Assembly: GCA_964348755.1 (NCBI GenBank)
Contig: CAYGDW010000004.1
Location: 18,766 to 82,765 of the forward strand
Source: an uncultured Bacteroidales bacterium
Lineage (GTDB): Bacteria > Bacteroidota > Bacteroidia > Bacteroidales > UBA7960
Length of the DNA stretch: 64,000 bases
Direction: 5' to 3'
Shown here: in pieces, positions 49,972 through 59,667 of the stretch
Numbering within the stretch: position 1 is the first letter of the stretch
How the letters are laid out: each line of letters opens with the position of its first letter
Notes under the pieces: generated by a model
What the model was told of the DNA's origin: nothing
Databases searched by the model: none
The model's input: only the letters and a program-made list of their open reading frames with translations
Translations under genes and position numbers: made by a program

Positions 49972-49980
49972 TTTAATAAT

Positions 49981-50018
49981 AAAAAAAGAGGCGACCTGGG
50001 CAGGGTCGCCTCTTTTTT
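49981..50018. terminator. bidirectional rho-independent terminator between convergent genes
   Basis: A perfect 10-bp stem AGAGGCGACC / GGTCGCCTCT encloses a 7-nt loop. AAAAAAA precedes it and TTTTTT follows it. It lies 15 nt beyond the stop of the MFS gene. Confidence 0.8.
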
Positions 50019-50032
50019 GTAAAAAGGTTGTT

Positions 50033-51715
50033 TTATTTATGGTTTGAAGGCAGTTCCAGCCCGTAACCTTGCTCTTTATCTGCTTTTTTGAGCATAAAAG
50101 CCAGGAATATGGAAATAATGCCACAGACTACAAGCATTAGAATTGGCCAGGTATAATCGTAATATGGCACTTCACCTGCAGCCTGCATAGCTTTTAGCTG
50201 GTAAGCAATTTCACCGCCCGTAAGACCCTGAGCCGAAAGGTTTGCTCTTACATCGTCGATGGTTTTTACTACAACCGGATTTACTTTGTAAAGCAAAGCA
50301 CCAATGCCCCAGAAAAATGCGCCAAGTCCCCAGTTTTGTACAGTAAACATGGTGGCATAGGCTGTTCCGAGCCGGTTTTCGGGAACAATCTTGGCTACCG
50401 ATGGCCACATGGCTGCCGGTACAAGTGAAAAAGCAACCCCCAGGCTTAGCAAACCAAAATATGCCAAAATCGGAGATTCAAAAATAGAGAGCGAAAGGTG
50501 AGCAAATATAAGAAGCAACGAACCAAGGATCATTAGCGATGCAGCTTTGCCTTTGCGGTCAACATAGCTGCCAAAAATAGGCGTGAAGATTATGGTGCCC
50601 AGCGGAATCAGAGAGGCTGTCTTTGGCCCGTTGACCAGCCAAATACCGAGCGTATCGCGAACCAGGTAAACAGCAATGGCAAAAACACCTATAATGGTAA
50701 ACAGAGCAAGCCTTTTGGCGCTCTTTTCCCTGAGGTATTTTGGAACAAGGGTTACCGAAAGTGCAAACAAGAATATTACCAGATAAACTGCGGTGCTGCC
50801 AAGAGCTTCACTGCCAAAAAGAATTACAGCTGCCCCTTCGGGAAGCACATAACTAAAGCCAAACTTATTTACCAGCAGATCGGGTGCATATTGAATAAAG
50901 GGGAATACGGCCGAGTAAAAGGCCACGCAGAGCAATGCAATAAAAATAAACGATTTGTTGGTTACCAGCTTCACCAGGTCGGAGAATTTGAATTCATCAT
51001 CGGCGGCCTGGGCCTTTTCTTTGGCATCCACTGCGTCCTGGTCAAGCCCTTGTTCCTTATAAAGTGCAGCCTTATTGGCTTTTACCTGCTTGTCAATTTT
51101 AATGTCGAAGAAAAGGTAAGTAACAAAGAATATGAGTGACAAGCCTATGAGCGAAGCGGCAAACACCGCTGCCGGCGATACCTGCACCCCTGCAATGTCG
51201 AGCGAAATAGCAATGGCAAGGGCCGAACCCAATCGACCAAAAGCCATATTGATAGCCATGGCAAGTGCCAACTCATACCCCTTAAACCATTTTACAATGG
51301 TGCGGCTTACCACCACGCAAACCACTTCAAGGCCAGAGCCAAAAAGGATACGCCCCACAATAAGACCGGTAAGAACAGTAGATTTTTCCTCGCCAAAAAA
51401 GCCCGACGATGCCAAAGCTGTAATGAGGCCACCAACTGCGGCCAAACTGCCAAATGCCAGACCGGCCAGTCGAATGCCCCATTTATCAAGAATAATGCCT
51501 CCGATAATTATCATGCCAAACACGTTGGCTATGGTGGTTAGACCTATTATTCTTCCAAACTCCTCGCTGTTTATACCCAGGTCGGTCTCCATCAGGCTGC
51601 GAAGTGGCGAAAAGAAATCCTGAAAATAATACGTGGAGAACATTAAACTGCTCACCAGTACAAGCACCAGCCAGCGGAAAGCCGGAGTCTCATTGATTAG
51701 TTTTTGTCGTTGCAT
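50033..51715 (-). CDS. MFS transporter with a long central hydrophilic loop
   Basis: 560 aa arranged as 6+6 hydrophobic segments, split by a charged loop (KQVKANKAALYKEQGLDQDAVDAKEKAQAADDE). Confidence 0.7.
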   Translation of the reverse strand: MQRQKLINETPAFRWLVLVLVSSLMFSTYYFQDFFSPLRSLMETDLGINSEEFGRIIGLTTIANVFGMIIIGGIILDKWGIRLAGLAFGSLAAVGGLITALASSGFFGEEKSTVLTGLIVGRILFGSGLEVVCVVVSRTIVKWFKGYELALAMAINMAFGRLGSALAIAISLDIAGVQVSPAAVFAASLIGLSLIFFVTYLFFDIKIDKQVKANKAALYKEQGLDQDAVDAKEKAQAADDEFKFSDLVKLVTNKSFIFIALLCVAFYSAVFPFIQYAPDLLVNKFGFSYVLPEGAAVILFGSEALGSTAVYLVIFLFALSVTLVPKYLREKSAKRLALFTIIGVFAIAVYLVRDTLGIWLVNGPKTASLIPLGTIIFTPIFGSYVDRKGKAASLMILGSLLLIFAHLSLSIFESPILAYFGLLSLGVAFSLVPAAMWPSVAKIVPENRLGTAYATMFTVQNWGLGAFFWGIGALLYKVNPVVVKTIDDVRANLSAQGLTGGEIAYQLKAMQAAGEVPYYDYTWPILMLVVCGIISIFLAFMLKKADKEQGYGLELPSNHK

Positions 51716-51994
51716 TGTCTGTTTAAGTTATGTTTGTAATAATTTGGAATGCACAAAAATAGAAATTTTAAATCACCATCCTTATTAATTTGGTAAGGGG
51801 TTGTTAATTTTTTATCAGCCAAATTTTTTTCGAATCCCTTCATCGCTATTGTTTTTGGGGCATTTGTTAGGCGAAAAATTTAATTGCTTTTAAAAACTTT
51901 TCAGTTTTACAAAACAAATTGAAGGTATGGCTGGCCGCACACATTTAATTTTATAAATTTGCCGGCTCAGGGGCAATCTGTAAATTTATTTGAT

Positions 51995-53098
51995 ATGATA
52001 CAGGATATTAAAAACAGGATAACTGGCTTGTCGAGCCTGATTGGCAACACTCCTATGCTGGCTGTTTTCTTTAGGTACAAAGGTTCTTCAAGGGTTATTT
52101 ATGCAAAGATGGAAAGCCTTAATATGACAGGTAGCATAAAAGACCGAATGGCTTTTCATATTCTAAAAAAGGCACTTGAGAGGAATGAACTTATGCCCGG
52201 CCAGCGAATCATTGAGGCAACAAGTGGAAATACCGGCATTTCGTTTTCGGCCATAGGGCGCGCTCTTGGCCACCCGGTTACCATTTATATGCCCGATTGG
52301 CTGAGTGCCGAACGGATAAATCTGATTAAGAGCCTGGGTTGCGAAATAATTTTGGTTAGCAAGGAAGAGGGTGGTTTTTTGGGAAGCATTGAAATGGCTG
52401 AACAAAGGGCTGGCAAGGAAGGCGGTTTTCTTCCCCGCCAGTTTTCTAATCAGGATAATATAGAAGCGCATTACCTTACCACCGCTCCCGAGCTGTGGTG
52501 GCAGTTAAAGTACCGGAAACTAAGCCCCCACGCTTTCGTGGCAGGGGTTGGAACCGGCGGAACGGTTATGGGCGTTGGAAAATATCTTAAAGAGTTAGAC
52601 CCATCAATTCTGGTGCACCCGGTTGAGCCTTCAAATTCGCCTACGCTTACCACCGGCTATAAAGTAGGGAAGCACCGGATTCAGGGTATTTCTGATGAGT
52701 TTATTCCGGCCATTGTAGATTTGACCAAGCTGGACAATGTGATAAGCGTTGATGATGGCGACTCAATAATTATGGCTCAAAAGCTTGCAAATATTGGCAT
52801 TCCGGTGGGCATTTCGTCAGGAGCCAATTTTTTGGCAGCTTTAAAGGTACAGGAAGAGATTGGCCCCGAAAAAGTTATTGTTACTGTTTTTTCTGACAGC
52901 AACAAAAAATACCTGAGTACCGACTACGCCAGGCAAGAACCCGTAAAAGAAGACTTTTTGTCAACAGGGGTTGAACCCGATTATTTTGCCTCCTTCAAAA
53001 GGGTTTGTTTTACGTGTTGCGATCCGGCCACATGCATTGAGGCCTCGTGGGAGGATGAAAGCGGGCCTAAATTGCCCCCATGTACCCGTCGCGGATAG
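51995..53098 (+). CDS. cysteine synthase (CysK/CysM)-family PLP enzyme with a ~57-aa Cys-rich C-terminal extension
   Basis: The ATG at 51995 gives [22 protein letters not shown]. Also present are [10 protein letters not shown] (PLP lysine), TSGNTG and [12 protein letters not shown]. The CysK-like end ..KKYLST is followed by an extra tail containing [10 protein letters not shown]...PPC. Confidence 0.75.
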   Translation: MIQDIKNRITGLSSLIGNTPMLAVFFRYKGSSRVIYAKMESLNMTGSIKDRMAFHILKKALERNELMPGQRIIEATSGNTGISFSAIGRALGHPVTIYMPDWLSAERINLIKSLGCEIILVSKEEGGFLGSIEMAEQRAGKEGGFLPRQFSNQDNIEAHYLTTAPELWWQLKYRKLSPHAFVAGVGTGGTVMGVGKYLKELDPSILVHPVEPSNSPTLTTGYKVGKHRIQGISDEFIPAIVDLTKLDNVISVDDGDSIIMAQKLANIGIPVGISSGANFLAALKVQEEIGPEKVIVTVFSDSNKKYLSTDYARQEPVKEDFLSTGVEPDYFASFKRVCFTCCDPATCIEASWEDESGPKLPPCTRRG

Positions 53099-53149
53099 TC
53101 ATTCAGACCAAAATAAATAGCCTAACCTCACAAAAAAATTAATCACCTT

Positions 53150-55279
53150 TTAAAATCTCACCCTCAATTGGGCCTTAATTTCGGTGCGGGTATTGCCTTC
53201 AACAATGTCGAGGCCACTTCCTGTAGAGTTGCGGTTTGAATACCAGGTCTGTGCCAGTCGGGCATACAGGTCTATATTTCTGGTTAGTTTGTAGCGTACA
53301 AGCAGGTATGCGCGTGTACCCTTGTCGGCATAAAACGGAAATGAAAATGCATAAAGTACGTCGTTTTCAAAGGCATAAATGCGCGAGTCGTACCCATCGG
53401 TATCAAAAAGGGCATATCTTGCTGTTATTGCCCAGGGGCTTGAGAGATTTCTAAAAACCACATCTTTATAAATCATATACCCTGTTTCAGTCTTTTGCCC
53501 AAACCTGTAGGTAATATACTCAACCCGGTTTCGCAGGGTAATAGATGGCGAAATCTGGTAGCTGATATGAAAACGGTAATTCTCTCTCCTCACATCGTCC
53601 AAATGCCTTATCATACTTGGGTCTTGTGTATTGAGGGGTTTGTTTTTTATCCGGAATCGGGCATACATTTCGGTGCCTCGTCTGGGGCGGTAATTTACCT
53701 GCAACAGATATTCATAGCCTTTGCTTGGCAAATAGGTCTGAAACTTCATCCAGGGGAAGGAAAAGTGGTCGGCATAGGCCGATATGCGCCACTGCGGCGA
53801 TAGTCTGGCATTTATACCCAGGTAAACCCCTTCTTCGTTTACTACCCTTGTATTTTCACTGAAAGCGGCGGCAAACAACGACTGGTAATCCTTGCTGAAT
53901 TTTCGGTGCAGCAATGCCAGCGACAGTCTTGGGTCGAGGCTCATCATAGCCCCATTAAGGATTGCATAGCCACCGTTTTCGCTCATGGCTGCCTCGCCAA
54001 AAAAATTGAAGTTGCGAAAAATGTAGTTATAGTCGAAGCCAAAATTGGTATTTGTCTGGCTGTTGAAATCGAACTGGTTGTAGAAAGACAGATTGCGCCT
54101 GAATTCAGCTCCAAGTTCCATGCGATAAGCCGTAAGTCCCAAATTTAAGTTGTTGTTTTTCCATGCCATGCGCCCACCATAAATGGTTTCCTTTACCGAA
54201 TTTTTGTCCTCGAGTTCGCGGGGAGTGCGATGCAGGCCGGCTAATTGCAGGCTAGTAATTACTAGTGCTTCGCCGCTTACCGTATCAGTTTCCAATACAT
54301 TGGCATCGCGGTGCTTTGACGAAAAAAAGCCGGTAACCTCAATTGGTCCAAGTTCAACGGTAATGCCCGCCCCTCTCATAAAGTTGTTCTCATCAACCGA
54401 GGTATAAGGGCGCAGGCCCAATCCGTTTTTCTTTAAAGTTACTGCTTCGCTGCTTTTTCCAAAAGCCAGCCCAGACCAAAGTGTAAGTCCCTGTCCAAAT
54501 TGCACCTGAAAATCGCCCACCACGGCTGCCCTAACCCGTCCAAAATCTCTTATAAAGGCATGTGCAGAGTAAAAGTCGAAACCAGTGGGTTGGCTTAGGC
54601 CGAAAAATTCCTCGCCAGGGTCTTTTTCTGCCGTAAGGCCGATGCTAACATTATTGTAATAAGTAAAACGGTAGCGCGACAACATTCGGTAGGGGCTGCC
54701 CAGGTAGCGGGCGTTTGGGTTAGCCTCAAGTTCAGCGGAGTCAATGGGGCTAAAGCCTTGCTGCTGCTCGAAAAGGCGTTGGTAGCGCAAAAAATACTGG
54801 CTGTTGCCTTCGCGCAGCATGTCGTCGAGTTGGAAATGACGCCTGACCCTTTGATCGCCCACCCTGACATAAGGTAGCATTGCCTGAATGGTGGCCATAT
54901 CGAAGCCTTCAACGCTTTGTAGTTCGTAAATGCTTATTAGCCGCCCAAACTTGCTAATATGGTTTATTAGGTTGTTTATCTGTATATCTGTAAGAAAAAA
55001 AAGCTGTCTCAGATCGTTGAATGTGGCAAAATTCAGGTTTATGGGGTTTCGTTGAAAAATTTCAAGTTCTTCAATAAGTTCGGAATAATCAATTTCCTGG
55101 TCGGTTTCTTCAGCGAGGTTTTCAATTCTTTGCTGAAAAAGTTCCTCGTTGATAGGGGGGGGCAGAAGAGTGTCGGGTAATTCGGGCTGCTGGGCTAAAA
55201 TGCCTGTGCCCGAAAACACCAGAACGGCCAATAGGATTATGGCCAACGATGCTTTGTTTTCGATTGCCGGCGACCTCAT
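53150..55279 (-). CDS. outer-membrane beta-barrel protein with N-terminal ComEA-like helix-hairpin-helix domain
   Basis: 709 aa with a signal peptide. NLNFATFNDLRQL...SIYELQSVEGFDMATIQAMLPYV resembles tandem HhH (ComEA-type) motifs. The remaining ~550 aa have alternating beta-strand composition and a terminal Phe (QLRVRF). Confidence 0.6.
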   Translation of the reverse strand: MRSPAIENKASLAIILLAVLVFSGTGILAQQPELPDTLLPPPINEELFQQRIENLAEETDQEIDYSELIEELEIFQRNPINLNFATFNDLRQLFFLTDIQINNLINHISKFGRLISIYELQSVEGFDMATIQAMLPYVRVGDQRVRRHFQLDDMLREGNSQYFLRYQRLFEQQQGFSPIDSAELEANPNARYLGSPYRMLSRYRFTYYNNVSIGLTAEKDPGEEFFGLSQPTGFDFYSAHAFIRDFGRVRAAVVGDFQVQFGQGLTLWSGLAFGKSSEAVTLKKNGLGLRPYTSVDENNFMRGAGITVELGPIEVTGFFSSKHRDANVLETDTVSGEALVITSLQLAGLHRTPRELEDKNSVKETIYGGRMAWKNNNLNLGLTAYRMELGAEFRRNLSFYNQFDFNSQTNTNFGFDYNYIFRNFNFFGEAAMSENGGYAILNGAMMSLDPRLSLALLHRKFSKDYQSLFAAAFSENTRVVNEEGVYLGINARLSPQWRISAYADHFSFPWMKFQTYLPSKGYEYLLQVNYRPRRGTEMYARFRIKNKPLNTQDPSMIRHLDDVRRENYRFHISYQISPSITLRNRVEYITYRFGQKTETGYMIYKDVVFRNLSSPWAITARYALFDTDGYDSRIYAFENDVLYAFSFPFYADKGTRAYLLVRYKLTRNIDLYARLAQTWYSNRNSTGSGLDIVEGNTRTEIKAQLRVRF

Positions 55280-55288
55280 TTTTTCTGG

Positions 55289-56110
55289 TTATCTGAATTC
55301 ATAAATCAGACTAGCCTGGGGCGAATATCCAAGCACATGGTGAAAAGAAGTGGCCAGGTCTATTCGCAGGTTGCCAAGTGCCATTCCAAATCCAAAGGCG
55401 TTGGTTGTGGGCTGGGTCCCCACGCCTCCACGCAAATAAATGGTTTCGGTAATTCCGTATTCAATTCCTACCCTAAATACGGCCTCACGGTCCAGGTCCT
55501 TTTCTGTTTCGAAACTAAGGAGTACTCTGTCAGAGAAACTGTAGGCAAACCCCATGCGCATAATGGTGGGAATTCGTTCCTGGTTAAAGGTGGCTACTTT
55601 TGCCCTGGTGGGGTTAAAAATATGTGCTCCGATTTGCAGCCTGGGCAGGAGTTCATAAATTACGCCCAATTCAGCCGCCAGGTTGCCTGTACGGCCATAA
55701 CCCTCGCCAATAAAGGTATAAAGGTAATTAAGCTGAACACCTGCCGAGAGCCTGTCGCCAAAAGTTCTGGCATAGGCTAAACCCAATTTGCTCTCGTGGT
55801 ATTGCGAGTAGCCAAAATAGGTAACACTTAACCCGAATACTCCGGCGGCAGCAGGAAATGCAAATGCGGCAGCCCCAAGCCCCATTTCCTTAGTAAGGTA
55901 ACGGTTCTCGAAATAAAAGCCTCCGGTGGCATGGCTCTGCCTTGCGAGTCCAGCCTGATTGTGGCTCAAGGCCCAAAAATCATAAACGGCCACCCCCGAA
56001 TTGCCCATGCCAGCCTGCCTTCCCCCAACAGGGAAATTGTCGTTGGCAGCATACAGAAGGTTTGAAAAAAAAAGGCTAATGAATGCAAAAACAATAATAA
56101 TTTGCCGCAT
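55289..56110 (-). CDS. small outer-membrane beta-barrel protein, PorV/PorQ-family-like
   Basis: 273 aa with a signal peptide. GGRQAGMGNSGVAVYDFWALSHNQAGLA resembles the N-terminal motif shared by PorV/PorQ-type barrels. The assignment is tentative. Confidence 0.45.
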   Translation of the reverse strand: MRQIIIVFAFISLFFSNLLYAANDNFPVGGRQAGMGNSGVAVYDFWALSHNQAGLARQSHATGGFYFENRYLTKEMGLGAAAFAFPAAAGVFGLSVTYFGYSQYHESKLGLAYARTFGDRLSAGVQLNYLYTFIGEGYGRTGNLAAELGVIYELLPRLQIGAHIFNPTRAKVATFNQERIPTIMRMGFAYSFSDRVLLSFETEKDLDREAVFRVGIEYGITETIYLRGGVGTQPTTNAFGFGMALGNLRIDLATSFHHVLGYSPQASLIYEFR

Positions 56111-56211
56111 TGATTATAAATTGAATAAAGTAACACAAACCATTGGGGCCGCAATATAATGAAAAAAAAATTGTAAATAATACCCATAACCGGGTCTGAT
56201 ATAAAAAAAGT

Positions 56212-57165
56212 CTAAATATTTTTCCAGTTATATTCGGCTTTTCGCAAACGATCCATAATGGCTAATCCAATACCTTTTTCCTGAACAGGCTCAGCCAAAA
56301 TGAGTTCAATTTCGCCATCCTCCTCAAAAGAGTGCATGGCCGCAAACATATTTACTGCATAATCTTTCAGATCATTTTTTTCGGAAACCCTTATTATTTT
56401 ATAGTGCCCTTTTTCATATTTTCCGGAAAAAGAAATAAATCCTGTCCTGACTTTATCAAAGACTCCCGGGTGGCTAATATCTGCTATAAGCATTTTTTTT
56501 GCTGGGCTGTAATGCGATTTGAGCATGCCGGGAGCCGAAAGTTTTTCGGAATAAATGGTGGGGTCAAATGCCAGCACCGATTCCAGGTCTTCCTGGGTAA
56601 TTATGCCATTTCGTAAAATTTTAAAACCCTTTTCAGATAACTGGATGATTGTGGATTCGATGCCAACGGTAGTGCTGCCTCCATCGAGTATATAATCTAT
56701 ATTTGGCAAATTTTTTTTTACGTGAGATGCATTGGTAGGGCTTATTCTTCCAAATTTGTTGGCGCTTGGCGCTGCAATGGGGCATTTTGAAGCCCTGATC
56801 AGTTGCAAGGCCATTTTATTGGCAGGCATTCGAATGCCAACCGTGGGCAAGCCGGCAGTAACTATATCAGGAACAATTTCACTTTTGGGCAATACCATGG
56901 TCAAAGGCCCCGGCCAGAACTTTTCGGCCAGCCGATACACCTGCTCAGAAATATTGACGGTTAGCTTTTGCAAATCGCCAATTTCGGCAATATGAATTAT
57001 TAGCGGATCAAATGATGGGCGCTCTTTTACTTCGTAAATTCTGGCTACCGCAATTGGGTTTAGGGCATTGGCGCCAATGCCATAAACTGTTTCTGTTGGA
57101 AAGGCAACCAGCTTGCCCTCTTTAATGTAGCCGGCTGCCTTTTTAATTTGGTCTGACAGGTTCAT
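56212..57165 (-). CDS. tsaC: L-threonylcarbamoyladenylate synthase (YrdC plus Sua5 domains)
   Basis: 317 aa. VAFPTETVYGIGANA...SANKFGRISPT matches the YrdC core, and a C-terminal Sua5 domain is present. Confidence 0.9.
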   Translation of the reverse strand: MNLSDQIKKAAGYIKEGKLVAFPTETVYGIGANALNPIAVARIYEVKERPSFDPLIIHIAEIGDLQKLTVNISEQVYRLAEKFWPGPLTMVLPKSEIVPDIVTAGLPTVGIRMPANKMALQLIRASKCPIAAPSANKFGRISPTNASHVKKNLPNIDYILDGGSTTVGIESTIIQLSEKGFKILRNGIITQEDLESVLAFDPTIYSEKLSAPGMLKSHYSPAKKMLIADISHPGVFDKVRTGFISFSGKYEKGHYKIIRVSEKNDLKDYAVNMFAAMHSFEEDGEIELILAEPVQEKGIGLAIMDRLRKAEYNWKNI

Positions 57166-58351
57166 TTTTTCTTAAATAAAAAAATTGAAACAGAAAAAGC
57201 AAACTTCCGGCAAAACTCATAATGCTTGCCAAAAGTATTGCGTAGGTATAGGACCCGGATATATCAAACATAAGCCCACCGCTAAACGGGCCTGCAATAC
57301 CTGCAATTGCATATCCTAAAAACACGTAAGGATAAACAATACCCAGGTTTTTAATGCCAAATACATTGGCAGTTTCTTTGGCAAAAAGCACAAAATTGCC
57401 CCCAAAACCAAATCCTATCAGCAATGAGAGGGCCAGGTACGAGGTTTCAGTCATGTCCACAATATTTAGCAAAATAATAGCAACAGCTTGTACCATTAAA
57501 GCCATAAATATGGTTAAGCTGGCTCCGATAAAATCGCTCAAAAAGCCCCATGAAAGCCTGCCTGCAAAATTTGCCACAGCAAACAACGAAACCCCCAGCA
57601 CCAAAATAGGAAGGGGAATATTGCTTTGGTCGCCAATAATTTTTAAACTGCCAATAATAAGCAGGCCTGCAAAAGTTCCCAGAAAAATGCCGGTAAATAG
57701 CTTATAAAAGATTGGCGATTTAATAAAACCTGATATTTTGATTTTTTCGTGGGCATGGGTAGGGGTCTTTTGTACAATAAAGTTTGATAAAACTATTATT
57801 AAAGAACCATATAAAACTCCTATAAATGACAGCACCTGAAGCACATTTTTGCCGTTCGACAATAAATTTTCGGCCAGTTCTGACATAAAAACAGCCCCCA
57901 GGCCAAAACCTGCTGCAGCAATTCCGGTTATGAGGCCCTTTTTGGTCGGAAACCATTGTACTGGAGTAGTGAGCGCGGCCCAATAACCAAAACCTGTGGC
58001 AATACCACCCAAAACGCCTATTCCCATCAATACAATCAAGAAACTTCCCTGCGAAAAACCTGCGGCAAGATAACCCAACAGAAAAAAAACTCCTGAAACA
58101 TACCCCAAGATTCTCGCCTTGATTTTTACGCCAAGTTGCCCAACAAAAATCATTGTTGCAGGAAAAATGGCAATCAAGGCACCAAAAATAATTTGCGACT
58201 GAGCCGCCGAAAAATTATAATTTGCAATCAGTTCAGATGCAATGATGCTCCATCCATACACGCTTCCTATACAAAGCATTATAACAAATGAGGCCATTAC
58301 CGTAAAATACTTTCTCATGTTTTCTTTTTTTATGGGTTGCAAAAATCGCAA
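57143..58351 (-). CDS. MFS transporter (oxalate/formate antiporter-like subfamily)
   Basis: 402 aa with 12 hydrophobic segments. LCIGSVYGWS near the N-terminus is OFA-like. An alternative start (MRKYFTV, at 58318) would remove the overlap with the upstream gene. Confidence 0.65.
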   Translation of the reverse strand: MRFLQPIKKENMRKYFTVMASFVIMLCIGSVYGWSIIASELIANYNFSAAQSQIIFGALIAIFPATMIFVGQLGVKIKARILGYVSGVFFLLGYLAAGFSQGSFLIVLMGIGVLGGIATGFGYWAALTTPVQWFPTKKGLITGIAAAGFGLGAVFMSELAENLLSNGKNVLQVLSFIGVLYGSLIIVLSNFIVQKTPTHAHEKIKISGFIKSPIFYKLFTGIFLGTFAGLLIIGSLKIIGDQSNIPLPILVLGVSLFAVANFAGRLSWGFLSDFIGASLTIFMALMVQAVAIILLNIVDMTETSYLALSLLIGFGFGGNFVLFAKETANVFGIKNLGIVYPYVFLGYAIAGIAGPFSGGLMFDISGSYTYAILLASIMSFAGSLLFLFQFFYLRKNEPVRPN

Positions 58352-59172
58352 AATTGTGGATCTTCCTGCTGTTTGCCATTTGGATACATTTTTTCAGCCT
58401 GAAAATTGCATTTCTGGCAAACCAAAATGTGTTTCAGGGTAGAGTTGGTAGGCAATCCGCACATTAGGCATGGCAAGCCCTTTATAGCTTCGTACACATC
58501 GAAACCTGGGGTGTTGCATTTGGGGCAAACCGATTTGGCCTTTGTAACAAGTTTTTCTGTGGCTTTTTCAATATTTTTCATGCGGGTAGGATTGTTCATT
58601 GCCCTCATGTCGGTTTCGGCATAGGCCGTGCCAAAGGTGTTTATTAAAGTATTAAAATGTTGTATCAACTCTTCAGCTGAAGGATTGTTTTTAAAAATTA
58701 AAGAGTAATTATTTTTGGCAGGTTTCAGAATTATGCCATGCGATGGGAAACCGATTTGCCGGGCAAAACCAAGCAATTCTTCCTCTGATTTTATCTCAGC
58801 TCCATTAAAATTTGTTTCTGTACTTATTTCGCGGGCTATGATTTCAATATTGTTTTCCTGGTCGAGGAGCATTACCAGTTCATCGTTGGCTTGTGCAAAG
58901 AATATTGTTGGGTGGGGGCCAAAGGAGCCTTCGTTTGCAATTGCAAGGCTTATGCCGGTTGCCTCAATGGCCATGATACACTTTTTGCGCAATGTGGTTA
59001 CCGGATCATCAACCCTTTCTATTTCGCCCGAAAATGTACCAAGTAGGTCGGTGTTGAGTTCTTCGGGTATAATGCAAATCAACCCAAGCTCCTTTTCAAA
59101 TATTGGGGCAATTACGGTATCCTTTTTATGCTTGGTGGCTATTACAGCTTTTCTCCCTTTGAAAAAATCCAT
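58330..59172 (-). CDS. conserved hypothetical protein with C-terminal double zinc ribbon (4 CxxC pairs)
   Basis: 280 aa. The N-terminal region KAVIATKHKKDTVIAPIFEKELG...DLLGTFSGE has no function I can assign. The C-terminus carries CPKC..(15)..CLMC..(14)..CQKC..(17)..CDFC. Confidence 0.6.
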   Translation of the reverse strand: MDFFKGRKAVIATKHKKDTVIAPIFEKELGLICIIPEELNTDLLGTFSGEIERVDDPVTTLRKKCIMAIEATGISLAIANEGSFGPHPTIFFAQANDELVMLLDQENNIEIIAREISTETNFNGAEIKSEEELLGFARQIGFPSHGIILKPAKNNYSLIFKNNPSAEELIQHFNTLINTFGTAYAETDMRAMNNPTRMKNIEKATEKLVTKAKSVCPKCNTPGFDVYEAIKGLPCLMCGLPTNSTLKHILVCQKCNFQAEKMYPNGKQQEDPQFCDFCNP

Positions 59173-59667
59173 TTATTCGGTATCGAATGTTTTTGATTTG
59201 CTGAGCACTTGTTCTTTGAGTTGGTTTTTAAACTCAATTATTTTTTCTCTAACCGAATTGTCTTTTATAGAAATAATTTGGGCTGCAAGTATTCCGGCAT
59301 TTTTGGCTCCGTTTAATGCAACGGTTGCAACTGGTACTCCTGCGGGCATTTGCAAAATAGAAAGAACGGAGTCCCATCCATCAATAGAATTGCTTGACTT
59401 TATTGGCACACCAATAACGGGCAAAGGCGAAATTGCGGCCGCCATTCCCGGAAGATGAGCCGCCCCACCTGCACCGGCTATGATTACCTCAATTCCGCGC
59501 TTATGTGCATTCGAGGCAAACTCAAACATTTTTTCGGGGGTGCGGTGGGCCGAAACGATATCCAATTCAAATTCAATTCCGAAATCTCGAAGAATTTCTG
59601 CTGCCTGTTTCATTACCGGCAGGTCTGAATCTGACCCCATAACAATACTCACCAGTATTGGCTTCAT
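59173..59667 (-). CDS. purE: 5-(carboxyamino)imidazole ribonucleotide mutase
   Basis: 164 aa. [14 protein letters not shown]...SAHRTPE...[14 protein letters not shown] is the PurE signature. Confidence 0.95.
   Translation of the reverse strand: MKPILVSIVMGSDSDLPVMKQAAEILRDFGIEFELDIVSAHRTPEKMFEFASNAHKRGIEVIIAGAGGAAHLPGMAAAISPLPVIGVPIKSSNSIDGWDSVLSILQMPAGVPVATVALNGAKNAGILAAQIISIKDNSVREKIIEFKNQLKEQVLSKSKTFDTE

Noticed and set aside
49852-50124. ORFs 49852..50124(-) and 61151..61339(+) sharing the peptide SALNDRAFIGFGN, which could suggest a small paralogous protein family
   Set aside because: The shared peptide comes from reading through copies 3 and 4 of the non-coding repeat element. The ORFs have different extents and frames outside the repeat, and one of them overlaps the MFS gene 3' end.
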